Assembly: GCA_043815815.1 (NCBI GenBank)
Contig: JBDRIO010000009.1
Coordinates: forward strand, 2,751-66,750
Origin: Candidatus Eiseniibacteriota bacterium
GTDB lineage: Bacteria > Joyebacterota > Joyebacteria > Joyebacterales > Joyebacteraceae
Reading direction: 5' to 3'
DNA length: 64,000 bases
Shown: positions 50,645-60,295 of the stretch, one piece after another
How the letters are laid out: every line of letters starts with the position of its first letter
How positions within the stretch are numbered: the first letter of the stretch is position 1
Position numbers and translations under genes: made by a program
The notes under the pieces: generated by a model
Told to the model about the DNA's origin: nothing
Database searches by the model: none
The model's input: the letters and a program-made list of their open reading frames with translations, nothing else

Positions 50645-52006
50645 CTAGAACTCGTACCTGACCGTGTATCGAACCACGACCTCGCCGTCGGTCTCCACCG
50701 GCACGTGGAACTCGATCCGGTTCGCCTCGACCTTCTCGAATTCGTGCGACGTCTGCGTGACCGTCCAGTAGCCGTACGGGTGCTCGACGACTCTCAGGAC
50801 GATCCCCTCGTCCTTGTGGTTCCGGATGGAGAGCTCGTAGTCCTCCTCGCGGATGCGGTTGGTGATCTTCCTCGCGTCGGTCGTCGTCCTCTCGACCTTG
50901 ACGTCGAACGCGTTGCCCAGATAGAGCTGAACGTCCTCGTCCTTGGGCGTGTGGTCGATGCGGTCCTCGCCGATGAACTGGAGGTCCGAGGCGGAGTCCT
51001 CCTTGTACATCCGGACCTTCCCCGCGGGGAGCGCTCTTCCCAGGCCGCCCGCCTCCGAGTTCTCGAACTCCAGGAGCACGCGCACGTCCGACCCCCTATG
51101 ATAGTCGAACTCGAGCACCTTCTCGACGTCAACCTTCGTGCTCGGGAAGAACGTCAGCTGCTTTATCTCCCGGTCCGCCACGGTGGCCGGAGTGTCGAGC
51201 TTGTAGAGGTAGTACTCGAAGAGCTGCTCCTCGGCGAACTCCGGGGCGCCCTTGGCGGCGGCCATTAACTCGGCCTCGAACGCCATATCGCGCGTCATCC
51301 TCTGTTCCTGGACGCGGTGTACGTCGCCGGCCACGAGGTCGAGCTGGGCGTCCTTGTACGGGGCCCCCGAGCGGTTGTCGATCGACACCCAGGCCGCGAG
51401 GTCGATCCAGTCGTCCTCCGCATCGATCACACCCACGTACTCGGCGTGCCAGTTGATGCTCGACGTCATGTAGGTGACCTCGACGAGCCTCTCCCCCGAC
51501 TGCTCGGCGCCGATCTTCCAGACGAGCGACGGCTTCGATATGAGGCCGGAGGGCAGACTCGGGAACCGGATGTACGAGACCTTCTCCCTGTTCAGCGTGA
51601 CGACCGGACCCGCGCCCCTGCCCTGGTCGAGAACGATCGACGAACCGTCGAAGCTCACGAGCTTGCCCGTGAAGAGGTCCGCCTGCTCGCCTATGACGTC
51701 GATCTCCATCTCGAGGTACTTCTCGAGTATCTTCGAGGAACTCGCCAGGTCGAACCTGTAGTTCTGCTCCCACACGGACGCGTCCGGTCCCTCGAGCACC
51801 TTGAAGTGCACGCTCGTCGCGTCGATGCGCTGCGCGACGTCGGGGAACCTGAGCTCGTGAACGCCCGACCGGATGTCTACCGGCCGCACGTCCTTCACGA
51901 GCGCCATGTCGGAGTTGTAGACCGTGATCGATACGCCCGGCTCGGCGGCGCCGAGCGCGGAAGCGGCCAGAACGACCGCAGTCAGCGCACAGACGAACGT
52001 CTTCAT
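50645..52006 (-). CDS. DUF4139-domain secreted protein
   Basis: SITVYNSDMALVKD, EQNYRFDL, NWHAEY, LPAGKVRMY, FIGEDRIDHTPKDE. Confidence 0.82.
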   Translation of the reverse strand: MKTFVCALTAVVLAASALGAAEPGVSITVYNSDMALVKDVRPVDIRSGVHELRFPDVAQRIDATSVHFKVLEGPDASVWEQNYRFDLASSSKILEKYLEMEIDVIGEQADLFTGKLVSFDGSSIVLDQGRGAGPVVTLNREKVSYIRFPSLPSGLISKPSLVWKIGAEQSGERLVEVTYMTSSINWHAEYVGVIDAEDDWIDLAAWVSIDNRSGAPYKDAQLDLVAGDVHRVQEQRMTRDMAFEAELMAAAKGAPEFAEEQLFEYYLYKLDTPATVADREIKQLTFFPSTKVDVEKVLEFDYHRGSDVRVLLEFENSEAGGLGRALPAGKVRMYKEDSASDLQFIGEDRIDHTPKDEDVQLYLGNAFDVKVERTTTDARKITNRIREEDYELSIRNHKDEGIVLRVVEHPYGYWTVTQTSHEFEKVEANRIEFHVPVETDGEVVVRYTVRYEF

Positions 52007-52045
52007 CTCACCTGCCCCCTTCCGGAGAGTCTTCCGAGACCCGTC

Positions 52046-52849
52046 TCATGGACCGCGCACTATCGAGAGCACAAGGGCGAGGAGCCCGGCGGTCCAGCAG
52101 TAGTATGCGAACCGGTGGAACGTGCCCGCCTTGACGACGCGCATGAGCACGGCGATGGCGGGCAGCGCGCTTCCGAACGCCGCGAGCGTGCCCACGGCGA
52201 CCGCCGCGCCCTCGCGGGAGCCGGCGCCGAGCGCGTCTCCGACGCTCATCGCCGTCGCGCCCAGGATGACCGGGAGCGACAGCAGGAACGCGAACTCGGC
52301 GGCGGCCCCGCGCGTGAGGCCCAGCCGGAGCCCGGCCGAGATCGTGGAGCCCGAACGCGATATCCCGGGCAGGATGGCCGCCGCCTGAGCGAGGCCGATG
52401 AGGAGAGCGTCCCTCACTCCGCCCCGGGTCCGCGTCCCTTCGGGGATGCGGCGCGTGAGCCACAGGATCACGCCCGTCACGATGAGCAGGACCGAGACCA
52501 GGACGGGACTCCCGAACGCCGCCTCCACGCGGCCCTCGAGGACGAGGCCGACGAGCGCGGCCGGGACCGTGCCCAGGAGGAGCAGGAGCCCGAGCGTCGC
52601 GTCGGAACGATCGTGCTCTCTCCGCGCGGCCCGCAGAGCGACCGCGCGCACGACGTCGACGATGCGCGCCCGGAAGTAGACGAGCACCGCCAGCGCCGTT
52701 CCGAAGTGGACGAACACCTCGAACGTGACGCCGGGGCTCCGGACGCCCAGGAGGTACTCGGCGAGCGCCAGATGTCCCGAACTCGAGACGGGCAGGAACT
52801 CGGTCAGTCCCTGAAGGACGCCGAGGGCCAGAGCCTCGAAGATGGTCAC
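52046..52849 (-). CDS. uppP: undecaprenyl-diphosphatase
   Basis: QGLTEFLPVSSSGHL, PGISRSGSTI, FAFLLSLP. Confidence 0.95.
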   Translation of the reverse strand: MTIFEALALGVLQGLTEFLPVSSSGHLALAEYLLGVRSPGVTFEVFVHFGTALAVLVYFRARIVDVVRAVALRAARREHDRSDATLGLLLLLGTVPAALVGLVLEGRVEAAFGSPVLVSVLLIVTGVILWLTRRIPEGTRTRGGVRDALLIGLAQAAAILPGISRSGSTISAGLRLGLTRGAAAEFAFLLSLPVILGATAMSVGDALGAGSREGAAVAVGTLAAFGSALPAIAVLMRVVKAGTFHRFAYYCWTAGLLALVLSIVRGP

Positions 52850-52928
52850 GTCGGATATCTCCTTCGCCGGACGGCCGCGCGCGGACGCCGGGCGGACGCG
52901 TCGCGTGCGTCAGGCCGCGTCGCGCCGG

Positions 52929-53864
52929 TCAGACCGCTCCGGCCGCGAACGCCGCCAGCCCCAGCACCATCACGATCTTGAGGCCGTTCGAGACGCGCCT
53001 GAGAGAAGGACCGTCGCCGCCCTCTCTGAGCGCGCGGGACGACTCAACGAGCAACCACACCAGCGCGCCCTCGATCGGCACGAGAAGGGCCAGGTACCCC
53101 CATCCCAGGAGCCGCATCGCGAACGGGGCCGCCGCCGCCCACATCGACGCGACGAGCAGCACGCGGGCGACCGAGACGGAGGACCTGACGCCCGCCACGA
53201 CCGCGAACGTCCTCGTCCCCGCGGACCGGTCACCCTCCACGTCCTCGGCGTCCTTCACGAGCTCCCGCGCCATGTGGAGGAGCGCCGCCAGGAAGAACAG
53301 GATGAGGAGCCGGTGCCCCGGGAGCGTCGCCATGGCGTCGAGGGCAGCGGGGCCGGGCCGGTACGGAGCGACTCCCTGCGTCGCCCCTCCCATGAGAAGC
53401 GGGGACGCCGCCACGAACGCCACGACGAGGTTGCCGAAGAGCGGCACGCCCTTCAGGGCGAACGAGTAGAGCGCCGTGAGGACGATCCACGCCCCGACCA
53501 GGAGCGTCGCGCTGCCCCCGAGCGGGTAGACCAGGATCAGCGACGCCGCGTACAGCCCGAAGGCGAGAATGAGGGCCGCGGCGGGCGACACGCGGCCTTG
53601 AGGCAACGGGCGACCGGGCCTGTTCACGAGATCGCTCTCGACGTCCCTGGAGTCGTTCAGAGCGTTCGCGGCGCCCGTCGCCGCGAGCGCTGCGAGCGCG
53701 CCCAGGACGGCCGCCCCCCACTCGACGGACGACGCCGACACGAACGCCCCGACCAGGACCGCCGCGCCCGCGATCACGCCGTTCGCGGGCCTGAGGAGCC
53801 CGATCAGCGTGGCCGACCTAGATCCTGAACCGGACTCTCGCCCAGAACTCGTACGAGTCTTCAT
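52929..53864 (-). CDS. UbiA-family prenyltransferase, DGGGP-synthase-like (start uncertain)
   Basis: LRPAN, NALNDSRDVESDLVNRPGRPL, RELVKDAEDVEGD. Confidence 0.8.
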   Translation of the reverse strand: MKTRTSSGRESGSGSRSATLIGLLRPANGVIAGAAVLVGAFVSASSVEWGAAVLGALAALAATGAANALNDSRDVESDLVNRPGRPLPQGRVSPAAALILAFGLYAASLILVYPLGGSATLLVGAWIVLTALYSFALKGVPLFGNLVVAFVAASPLLMGGATQGVAPYRPGPAALDAMATLPGHRLLILFFLAALLHMARELVKDAEDVEGDRSAGTRTFAVVAGVRSSVSVARVLLVASMWAAAAPFAMRLLGWGYLALLVPIEGALVWLLVESSRALREGGDGPSLRRVSNGLKIVMVLGLAAFAAGAV

Positions 53865-55572
53865 TGCGCAGGTCGCTCCAGCCGAGCACGAATGCGCCAC
53901 CGAACTGGGCGCAGAGGCCGCCGGGGTCTTCGTAGCCGAGTGACATGGCGGTCCTGTGGCCGTAGAGGACGTCGCCCGACGGGAACGTGGGCTCGTCGTC
54001 CTCCCCTTCCACGAACGGGACGGTCGCGCTGCCCTCCCCCTCGCGGGAGAACGAGTAGCCGGCGCTCACCCCCCACAGCGCGGAGGGATGGTAGACGAGC
54101 TCCACGACGGCCCTGTCGGCGTCGGGTCCCAGCTCGAATCCGAGCGGTCGCCCGTCGTGCGTGTGGCGGTGCTCGGTCACGTGATGCGTGTAGGTCCACT
54201 TGCGGACGTTCGTGTACTCGCAGGTGAGCTCCCAGTCCTTCGAGTCGAACGTCCCGTAGTAGGCGGCGCCGACAGTGGCGCCGTACTTGTCGGGATGACC
54301 GGTGTCCCGGTCGTACTGCAGGTCGTCGACCAGGAACTCGCCCCACACCTCGAGTCCGCGGACGGGTCGGGCCGCGAAGTCGAGAGACCACAGGATGTTG
54401 TCGTTCGCCCGCTCGTTGTGCTGCGAGACGTAGTAAGGAAGGAGCGGATTCAGATACGCGGGGTCGGGGATGCTGCCGCTGTAGACGACGGCCTCGCCGA
54501 GCCCCAGGCTTCCCCACGAACACGAGAAGACGGCCCTGTGCGCTGCCAGAAAGACCCGGTCGCCGCGCAGGGTGTCCCCGACCGCTCCGTCGGTGCCGGC
54601 GCGCTCCAGGAACGCGTGCAGAGCCTGGAGCGTGAGAGACCCGACCCGGAACCGCGCCTCGACCCCGTCGAGCGTCGGGGCGGTCCCGGACACGAGGAGA
54701 CGGCCCCGCGGCGAGCGGCCCCACGCGGCCCCGCGACGCCCGATCGCAATCCCGAGGTTCTCCCGCTCGTACCTGACATACGCTCTGTCCGCCGAGACCG
54801 AGAACCCGCGCCACGTCCTGGCGCGGCTCGACAGCCTCTCTGTCCTGGGTCCGTCCTGCTTCTCGAGGAGGATCGTGGAGTCCGCGTAGAATCCGAGGTT
54901 CTCCCCCACGCCTCCCCAGAGCTCGTACGACAGGGTGCCCGATACGGAGAACTCGTCCTCGGGCTCCTCGCCGAGCGGGCGCGTGTCAGGCGGATGCGCG
55001 GTCGTCGGTACGTCGGCGTGCGGGCGCGTGTCGTGCGGATGCGCGGTCGTCGGTACGTCGGCGTGCGCGCACGAAACCTCGCTCCCGAAGACGAAGCCCA
55101 GTCCGAGCGCCGACTCCCTGCTCCGCACCACGAGGAGCGGTTCGTCCACCCTGCCGTGCAGGAACTCCGAGGTCAGGATGGAGAGCGCCCACCGCTCGCG
55201 CTCGGAGACGCGTTCGTCCCGGTCCTCTCCTGCGCTCCCCGCGGCGCCCCGCGAGGCTTCACTCTGAGCCCGGCCGGCCCTCTTCGCCAGCGCCGACGCC
55301 ACCTGGGCCCGAGAGACGGGCAGCGTCGTCAGGTCCAGTTCCAAGAGCCCCCGAGCGACGAGCCGCGTGAGCAGAGGATAGGCCCAGTGGTCGAGAGGGA
55401 GATCGGCGGGAGGGCGAGGATCGAGTCGCAGACCCGACGCCTCGCTTCCCTGCACCATGCAGTCGGACACCACCGACAGCGCCGCCGCGGGCATAGGCTG
55501 GAAGGCGATCGCCGCTGCCAGCGCCACCGCCGCCAGAGGCGGAAGGACCGAGGATGTCGACTGCACCGACAC
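53818..55572 (-). CDS. capsule-assembly Wzi-family outer-membrane protein (start uncertain)
   Basis: PLDHWAYPLL, IGRRGAAWG, LAAHR, GEAVVY, WGEFLVDD, LGFELGPDAD; C-terminal aromatic beta-strand. Confidence 0.7.
   Translation of the reverse strand: MSVQSTSSVLPPLAAVALAAAIAFQPMPAAALSVVSDCMVQGSEASGLRLDPRPPADLPLDHWAYPLLTRLVARGLLELDLTTLPVSRAQVASALAKRAGRAQSEASRGAAGSAGEDRDERVSERERWALSILTSEFLHGRVDEPLLVVRSRESALGLGFVFGSEVSCAHADVPTTAHPHDTRPHADVPTTAHPPDTRPLGEEPEDEFSVSGTLSYELWGGVGENLGFYADSTILLEKQDGPRTERLSSRARTWRGFSVSADRAYVRYERENLGIAIGRRGAAWGRSPRGRLLVSGTAPTLDGVEARFRVGSLTLQALHAFLERAGTDGAVGDTLRGDRVFLAAHRAVFSCSWGSLGLGEAVVYSGSIPDPAYLNPLLPYYVSQHNERANDNILWSLDFAARPVRGLEVWGEFLVDDLQYDRDTGHPDKYGATVGAAYYGTFDSKDWELTCEYTNVRKWTYTHHVTEHRHTHDGRPLGFELGPDADRAVVELVYHPSALWGVSAGYSFSREGEGSATVPFVEGEDDEPTFPSGDVLYGHRTAMSLGYEDPGGLCAQFGGAFVLGWSDLRNEDSYEFWARVRFRI
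54976..55065 (-). repeat. 2 x 45-bp in-frame tandem duplication (HADVPTTAHPxDTRP)
   Basis: Direct repeat with 2 mismatches inside the Wzi-like gene. Confidence 0.85.
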
Positions 55573-55657
55573 GTAGACTCCAAAGAGACGGATCATATTG
55601 CGGAGGTCCCGGCGGCAGGTCGCGCCCACGGGTCATGAGCCGCGTCCCACGCGCGCC

Positions 55658-56752
55658 CTACTTCCTGGAGTGCAGTTCGTCGGCCCGACGGTAGGAGTCG
55701 GCCGCCTCGAGGCTGCGGCCGAGGCGGTCCATCACGATCCCCAGCTGGTAGTGCGCTCTCGCGTCGTCGGGAGCGGCGTTGGCCGCCTTCGTGAGATAGC
55801 GCTCGGCGTCCTCCAGCCTGTCGAGCGAAGCGAGCGAGGCTCCGAGCCGGTAGCAGATCTCCGGGCCTTCTCCCTCGAGCGCGACCACGCGCTGGAAGGC
55901 GGCGACCGCGCGCCCGAAACGTCCCTTCTTCGAGTAGACGAGCCCGAGCTGGAAGTGAACCATCGCTGAGTCCGGCGAGTGCCGCGCGGCCAGCTCGAGA
56001 GACGCCAGGGCCTCGTCGATCCGGTCTTCGGCGAGGAGCGCGGCGCCCAGGTTGAAGTGAGCCTCGGCGCTTCCCGGGGACACGTCGACGGCCCTCTGGA
56101 ACTCGTCTATGGCGTCGGTCAGCATTCCCCGCTCGCCGAAGATGGCTCCGAGGTTCAGGTGGTGCTCGGCGTTGTCGGGGTCCAGCTCGATGGCCCGCTT
56201 GAACTCGAGGATCGCCTCGTCCGTCCTGCCCAACTGGTCGAGGGAGTACCCGAGGTTCGTGTGGGCCTTGGCGCACCCGTAGTCGACCTCGATCGCGCGG
56301 CGGTAGCAGCCGGTCGCCTCCTCGAACTCCTCGCGGAGCGCCAGCGCGACACCCAGCCGGTAGTGAGGCTCCGGGTCGTCCGGAGCCAGTTCTATCGCGC
56401 GTTCGAACTCGTCGAGAGCGTCCGCGACCCTCCCCTGAGAGTCGTAGACACGCCCGAGGTTATAGAACGCCTCCGCGCAGTCGGGAGAGTGCCTGCCTGC
56501 CCGTTCGAACTCGTTGGCGGCGGCGTCGAGGAGCCCCAGCTTGAGATAGCAGCCCCCGCAGTCGAGCATCGCCCGGAGGTCGGTCGGACGTCGGCTCAAG
56601 AGCTGCTGGAGCACGACCACGGCGTCGCTCAGGCGCCCGTCCTCGATGTAGGACGACGACAGCTCGCGCAGAGCGTCGAGGTCGTCCGGCGAGGCGGAGA
56701 GCCTCCTCCTCAGAGTCGAGGGGTCCTTCTGCATGATGGTCCGCCTGACCAC
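55658..56752 (-). CDS. tetratricopeptide repeat protein
   Basis: About ten 34-aa repeats (AxxNLG...GxxxEAxxxFxRAxxLxP); SD GGAGG before GTG. Confidence 0.9.
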   Translation of the reverse strand: MVRRTIMQKDPSTLRRRLSASPDDLDALRELSSSYIEDGRLSDAVVVLQQLLSRRPTDLRAMLDCGGCYLKLGLLDAAANEFERAGRHSPDCAEAFYNLGRVYDSQGRVADALDEFERAIELAPDDPEPHYRLGVALALREEFEEATGCYRRAIEVDYGCAKAHTNLGYSLDQLGRTDEAILEFKRAIELDPDNAEHHLNLGAIFGERGMLTDAIDEFQRAVDVSPGSAEAHFNLGAALLAEDRIDEALASLELAARHSPDSAMVHFQLGLVYSKKGRFGRAVAAFQRVVALEGEGPEICYRLGASLASLDRLEDAERYLTKAANAAPDDARAHYQLGIVMDRLGRSLEAADSYRRADELHSRK

Positions 56753-56790
56753 GACACCTCCGGATGTGAATCAGCGAACGAAAGCCCCAA

Positions 56791-56946
56791 CCGCCACTCC
56801 GACCTACCGCGCGCGACGTGGACCTCCGACCGTTACTCCGACTTACCGCGCGCGACGAGGACCTCCGGCCGTTACTCCGACTCACCGCGCGCGACGAGGA
56901 CCTCCGACCGCTACTCTGACTTACCGCGCGCGACGAGGACCTCTCT
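56791..56946 (-). repeat. 4 x 39-bp tandem repeat copying the last codons and stop of the response regulator
   Basis: Unit ccg(c/t)(c/t)actc(c/t)gac(c/t)(t/c)accgcgcgcgacg(a/t)ggacctc..; no spacers. Confidence 0.9.
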
Positions 56947-57279
56947 CACCTTGTCCTTGAGCTCGGTGAGGTCCGACGACTTCACGACATACGCGTCCGC
57001 CATCCACGAGGCGAAATCCTGCTTGTATGTCGAGTACGCCGAGTTCAGAACGACGGGCAGGTCGCGCCGCTTCTCCATGATGGTGCGCAGGCAGTCGATG
57101 CCGTCCATCCCCTCCAGGCGTATGTCGAGCACGACGAGGTCAAGAGTCTCCTTCTCGATAAGCTCGAGCGCCTCCTCCCCGCTCTCCGCCGTCAGCACCT
57201 CGTACCCTTCACGCTTGAGCTCCGTCTCGTAGAGCTTGCGTATATTCTTCTCGTCGTCAACTACGAGCACCTTCGTCAT
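56911..57279 (-). CDS. single-domain response regulator
   Basis: KVLVVDDE, DLVVLDIRLEGMDG, ADAYVVKSSDL. Confidence 0.92.
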   Translation of the reverse strand: MTKVLVVDDEKNIRKLYETELKREGYEVLTAESGEEALELIEKETLDLVVLDIRLEGMDGIDCLRTIMEKRRDLPVVLNSAYSTYKQDFASWMADAYVVKSSDLTELKDKVREVLVARGKSE

Positions 57280-57313
57280 CCGACGCCTCCGCTCCTGTGT
57301 GGGTGTCCAGAGA

Positions 57314-58585
57314 TCAGCTTCGTTCGTCACGGCGCGCGCCGCCGCCCGGCTCATCAGGGGCCGCGGCGTCGCCGTAGACCCTCCTGTGCTCGGCTTCCTG
57401 CGCGCTTCTCACGATGGGCAGCGACACGTCGAACCGCGTCCCCACGCCCATCTCGCTCATGACCTCTATGTCGCCGCCGTGATTGTCTATGATGCGCTTC
57501 GTCACCGCCAGTCCGAGCCCCGACCCGGTCTTTCTCGTCGTGAAGAACGGGACGAAGAGCTTGCTCATCACGTCGCCCGGTATGCCGGGACCCGTGTCCT
57601 CGACGCTGACGACGATGCTCGCTCCTGACTGGCCCGACGTGACGGTGATGGTGCCGCCGTCCGGCATCGACTGGATGCCGTTCGAGATGATGTTGAGAAA
57701 CGCCTGCTTGAGCTGATTGGCGTCGCCCATCGTCCCCGGAAGACCCTCGGCCAGATTCCCGATGAGGCGTATCTGGGACGAGAGAATGCCGTGCGACAGC
57801 AGCTTCCGGACGTCGCGGAGTATCTGGTTGATGTCGACGGGCGCCAGCACAGGGACGAGGTGGCGCTCCAGCGTCAGCTGTTCGCGCAGGATCTGCTCGA
57901 GCCTCGTCACCTCTTCGAGGATGATGCCCGTGTACTCGCGCCGTGGATCGTCCGGGTCCATGTCCTCGTGGAGCTGCCGCGCGAAACCTCCGACGGCGAG
58001 CAGCGGGTTGCGGATCTCGTGAGCGACGTTGGCCGCCATCTGCCCGATGCCCGTGAGCTGCTCGACCTCCCTGAGCTGCTTCTGGAGCTTCACGCGGTCT
58101 GTCACGTCCTTTATGTACTGGATCGCCTGGACGGTTTCGCCGCGGTCGTCCTTCACGGGGAACGTGTAGACGTCGACGCCGGTCCTGTGATACCCGGACG
58201 TGAGCTCCAGCCTGGAGACCATCGAGGCCTTCCCCGTCGCGAACGTCTCGTGCGCGGGGCAGAGTTCGCACGCCTTGTCGCCTCTGCAGTAGACCTCGTG
58301 GCACGCGCGGCCGACGAGGTCGCGGGGCTCGCTCCCGAGAAACGCCGCCTCGGCCTTGTTCACGGCCACGACGCGGAAATCCCGGTCCACTATGATGAGC
58401 CCGTCGGTGATCCCGTCGAAGATGGCCTGGAGCTGCCGCTTGCTCCGGAGGACGTCCGAATCCGGGTCGCGCAGACGCCGCCCGCCCAGCCTCGGGACCA
58501 GCCAGCCGGCGAGCGCGCCGACGGCCGCGGCCACGACGAGCCACGGGAGCAGAACGATGCCCAACGGCTGTGCGACAGGCGTCAC
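57314..58585 (-). CDS. PAS sensor histidine kinase
   Basis: AHEIRNPL, QAFLNIISNG, DTGPG, PFFTT, GSGLGL; one N-terminal TM helix and a PAS domain. Confidence 0.92.
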   Translation of the reverse strand: MTPVAQPLGIVLLPWLVVAAAVGALAGWLVPRLGGRRLRDPDSDVLRSKRQLQAIFDGITDGLIIVDRDFRVVAVNKAEAAFLGSEPRDLVGRACHEVYCRGDKACELCPAHETFATGKASMVSRLELTSGYHRTGVDVYTFPVKDDRGETVQAIQYIKDVTDRVKLQKQLREVEQLTGIGQMAANVAHEIRNPLLAVGGFARQLHEDMDPDDPRREYTGIILEEVTRLEQILREQLTLERHLVPVLAPVDINQILRDVRKLLSHGILSSQIRLIGNLAEGLPGTMGDANQLKQAFLNIISNGIQSMPDGGTITVTSGQSGASIVVSVEDTGPGIPGDVMSKLFVPFFTTRKTGSGLGLAVTKRIIDNHGGDIEVMSEMGVGTRFDVSLPIVRSAQEAEHRRVYGDAAAPDEPGGGARRDERS

Positions 58586-58757
58586 GGCGTGCAGGCTCCC
58601 CTTTGAGAGAGCGCGTCCCGAGAGAGCGCTTGGGCCCCCTGATGTGAGGGTCAGGAGCCCTCGTCAACGCGGTCATGGTAGTGCCGACGTGCCCGGGTGT
58701 CAAGGTCGAACGCCCCTAGTCTAGGGCGCTCCTCCCTCCCCGCGCCCAAGCCCACCC

Positions 58758-58786
58758 TTGACTCGAACCGCCCCACGACCTATCCT
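58758..58786 (+). promoter_or_regulatory. sigma-70-type promoter
   Basis: TTGACT-N17-TATCCT upstream of mscS. Confidence 0.6.
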
Positions 58787-58870
58787 GCGCCGGCGCATCC
58801 AGCATGGGCCGCTTCGCGGCCCAGGATGCCGCCACGCGCGAGTCCCCGACCCCGAAGGAGGAAGGCAAGC

Positions 58871-59674
58871 ATCGACTGGGACGCCACCATTCCCCACACG
58901 TCGGTGACGATGCTGCAGCTGGCGACCGCCTTCGCGGTCCTGGTCGTGGGCCTCATCCTCGCCAGGGTCATTCTGGGTGTCTTCAGGCGTTCTCTCAGGG
59001 AGTCGAAGCTCTCCGACGTCCTTATCGAGTTCCTGGGCCGGTTCTTCGGCGCCCTCCTCTACATCCTGGTCTTCCTGGTGGTGCTCTCGACGCTCGGGAT
59101 CACGGTCTCCTCCATACTGGTGAGCCTCTCGGCCGTCGTGGGCCTCGTTCTCGGCTTCGGCATGTCGGACACGGTGAACAACGTGGCGTCCGGGACCTGG
59201 ATAGCGTCTCTCAGACCGATAGACATAGGCGAGGTCGTGACCATCAACGGGATGACGGGCAAGGTCAACGCGGTCGGCATCATGGCCACGGAGCTTCTGA
59301 CCCCCGACAACCAGGTCATCACGATCCCCAACGCGCAGGTCTGGGGCAGCCCCATCGTCAACGCGACCCGCATGCCCACGCGCCGTGTCGACGTGTCGGT
59401 GGGCATCTCGTACGGGGACAGCGTCGACGAGGCCTCGCGCGTCGCCATGGAGCTCATGACGAGCCACGACCTGATGCTCTCGGACCCGGCACCGACTGTC
59501 GTCCTGACCGCGCTCGCCGACTCCTCGGTGAACATGCAGCTCAGGCCGTGGGCCAACAAGGACGACTACTGGGCGGTCAAGGGCGACATCGCCAAGGGCA
59601 TCTACGATGCCATCCCGAATGCCGGCCTCTCGATACCGTTCCCACAGCTCGACGTTCACGTGATGAAGGAGTAG
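58871..59674 (+). CDS. mscS: small-conductance mechanosensitive channel (start ATC 58871 or ATG 58910)
   Basis: [50 protein letters not shown]. Confidence 0.92.
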   Translation: MDWDATIPHTSVTMLQLATAFAVLVVGLILARVILGVFRRSLRESKLSDVLIEFLGRFFGALLYILVFLVVLSTLGITVSSILVSLSAVVGLVLGFGMSDTVNNVASGTWIASLRPIDIGEVVTINGMTGKVNAVGIMATELLTPDNQVITIPNAQVWGSPIVNATRMPTRRVDVSVGISYGDSVDEASRVAMELMTSHDLMLSDPAPTVVLTALADSSVNMQLRPWANKDDYWAVKGDIAKGIYDAIPNAGLSIPFPQLDVHVMKE

Positions 59675-59729
59675 CGCTGCACCGTCAAAGCAGGAGTGGC
59701 GTCCCATCGCCACCGGAGGGAGGAAGCGG

Positions 59730-60188
59730 ATGTTCAAGGAGTTCAAGGAGTTCGTCGCCCGCGGGAACGTCGTCGACATGGCGGTGGGCATCGTCATCGG
59801 CGCGGCGTTCGGTTCGATCATCAAGTCGCTCGTGGCGGACGTCATCATGCCCCCCATCGGACTCCTCCTGGGGAACGTCGACTTCACGAACATCTTCACC
59901 GTCATCAAGGCGGGCGAGGCGGCGGGCCCCTACGCCACGCTCGCAGACGCGCAGGCAGCAGGCGCGGTCACGGTGAACTGGGGCGTGTTCGCGATGACGA
60001 TCATCAGCTTCCTGATCATCGCGTTCGCCATCTTCATGATGATCAGGGCGATCAACAGGATGAGGCGCGAGGAAGAGGCCCCGCCCGCGGAGCCGACGAC
60101 GAAGGAGTGCCCGTTCTGCTTCACCGAGATCGCCCTGAAGGCGATGCGGTGCCCCAATTGCACTTCTCAGCTCGGCGGAGCGGCGTAG
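59730..60188 (+). CDS. mscL: large-conductance mechanosensitive channel with C-terminal zinc-ribbon-like tail
   Basis: [26 protein letters not shown]; tail CPFC..IA..A.RCPNCTS. Confidence 0.95.
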   Translation: MFKEFKEFVARGNVVDMAVGIVIGAAFGSIIKSLVADVIMPPIGLLLGNVDFTNIFTVIKAGEAAGPYATLADAQAAGAVTVNWGVFAMTIISFLIIAFAIFMMIRAINRMRREEEAPPAEPTTKECPFCFTEIALKAMRCPNCTSQLGGAA

Positions 60189-60295
60189 ACGCGCTCCGTC
60201 AGGAACACCAGACGAGGTCGCCCGCGATCCGGGCGGCCTCGCTCCGGATTGGGGAGCACGAGCGGCCGGGTCACAGGATTCGAGGGAGGTCCTCT

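Noticed and set aside
56791-56946. Possible CRISPR array (39-bp periodicity)
   Set aside because: Units are contiguous with no unique spacers, they copy the adjacent gene end, and no cas genes are nearby.
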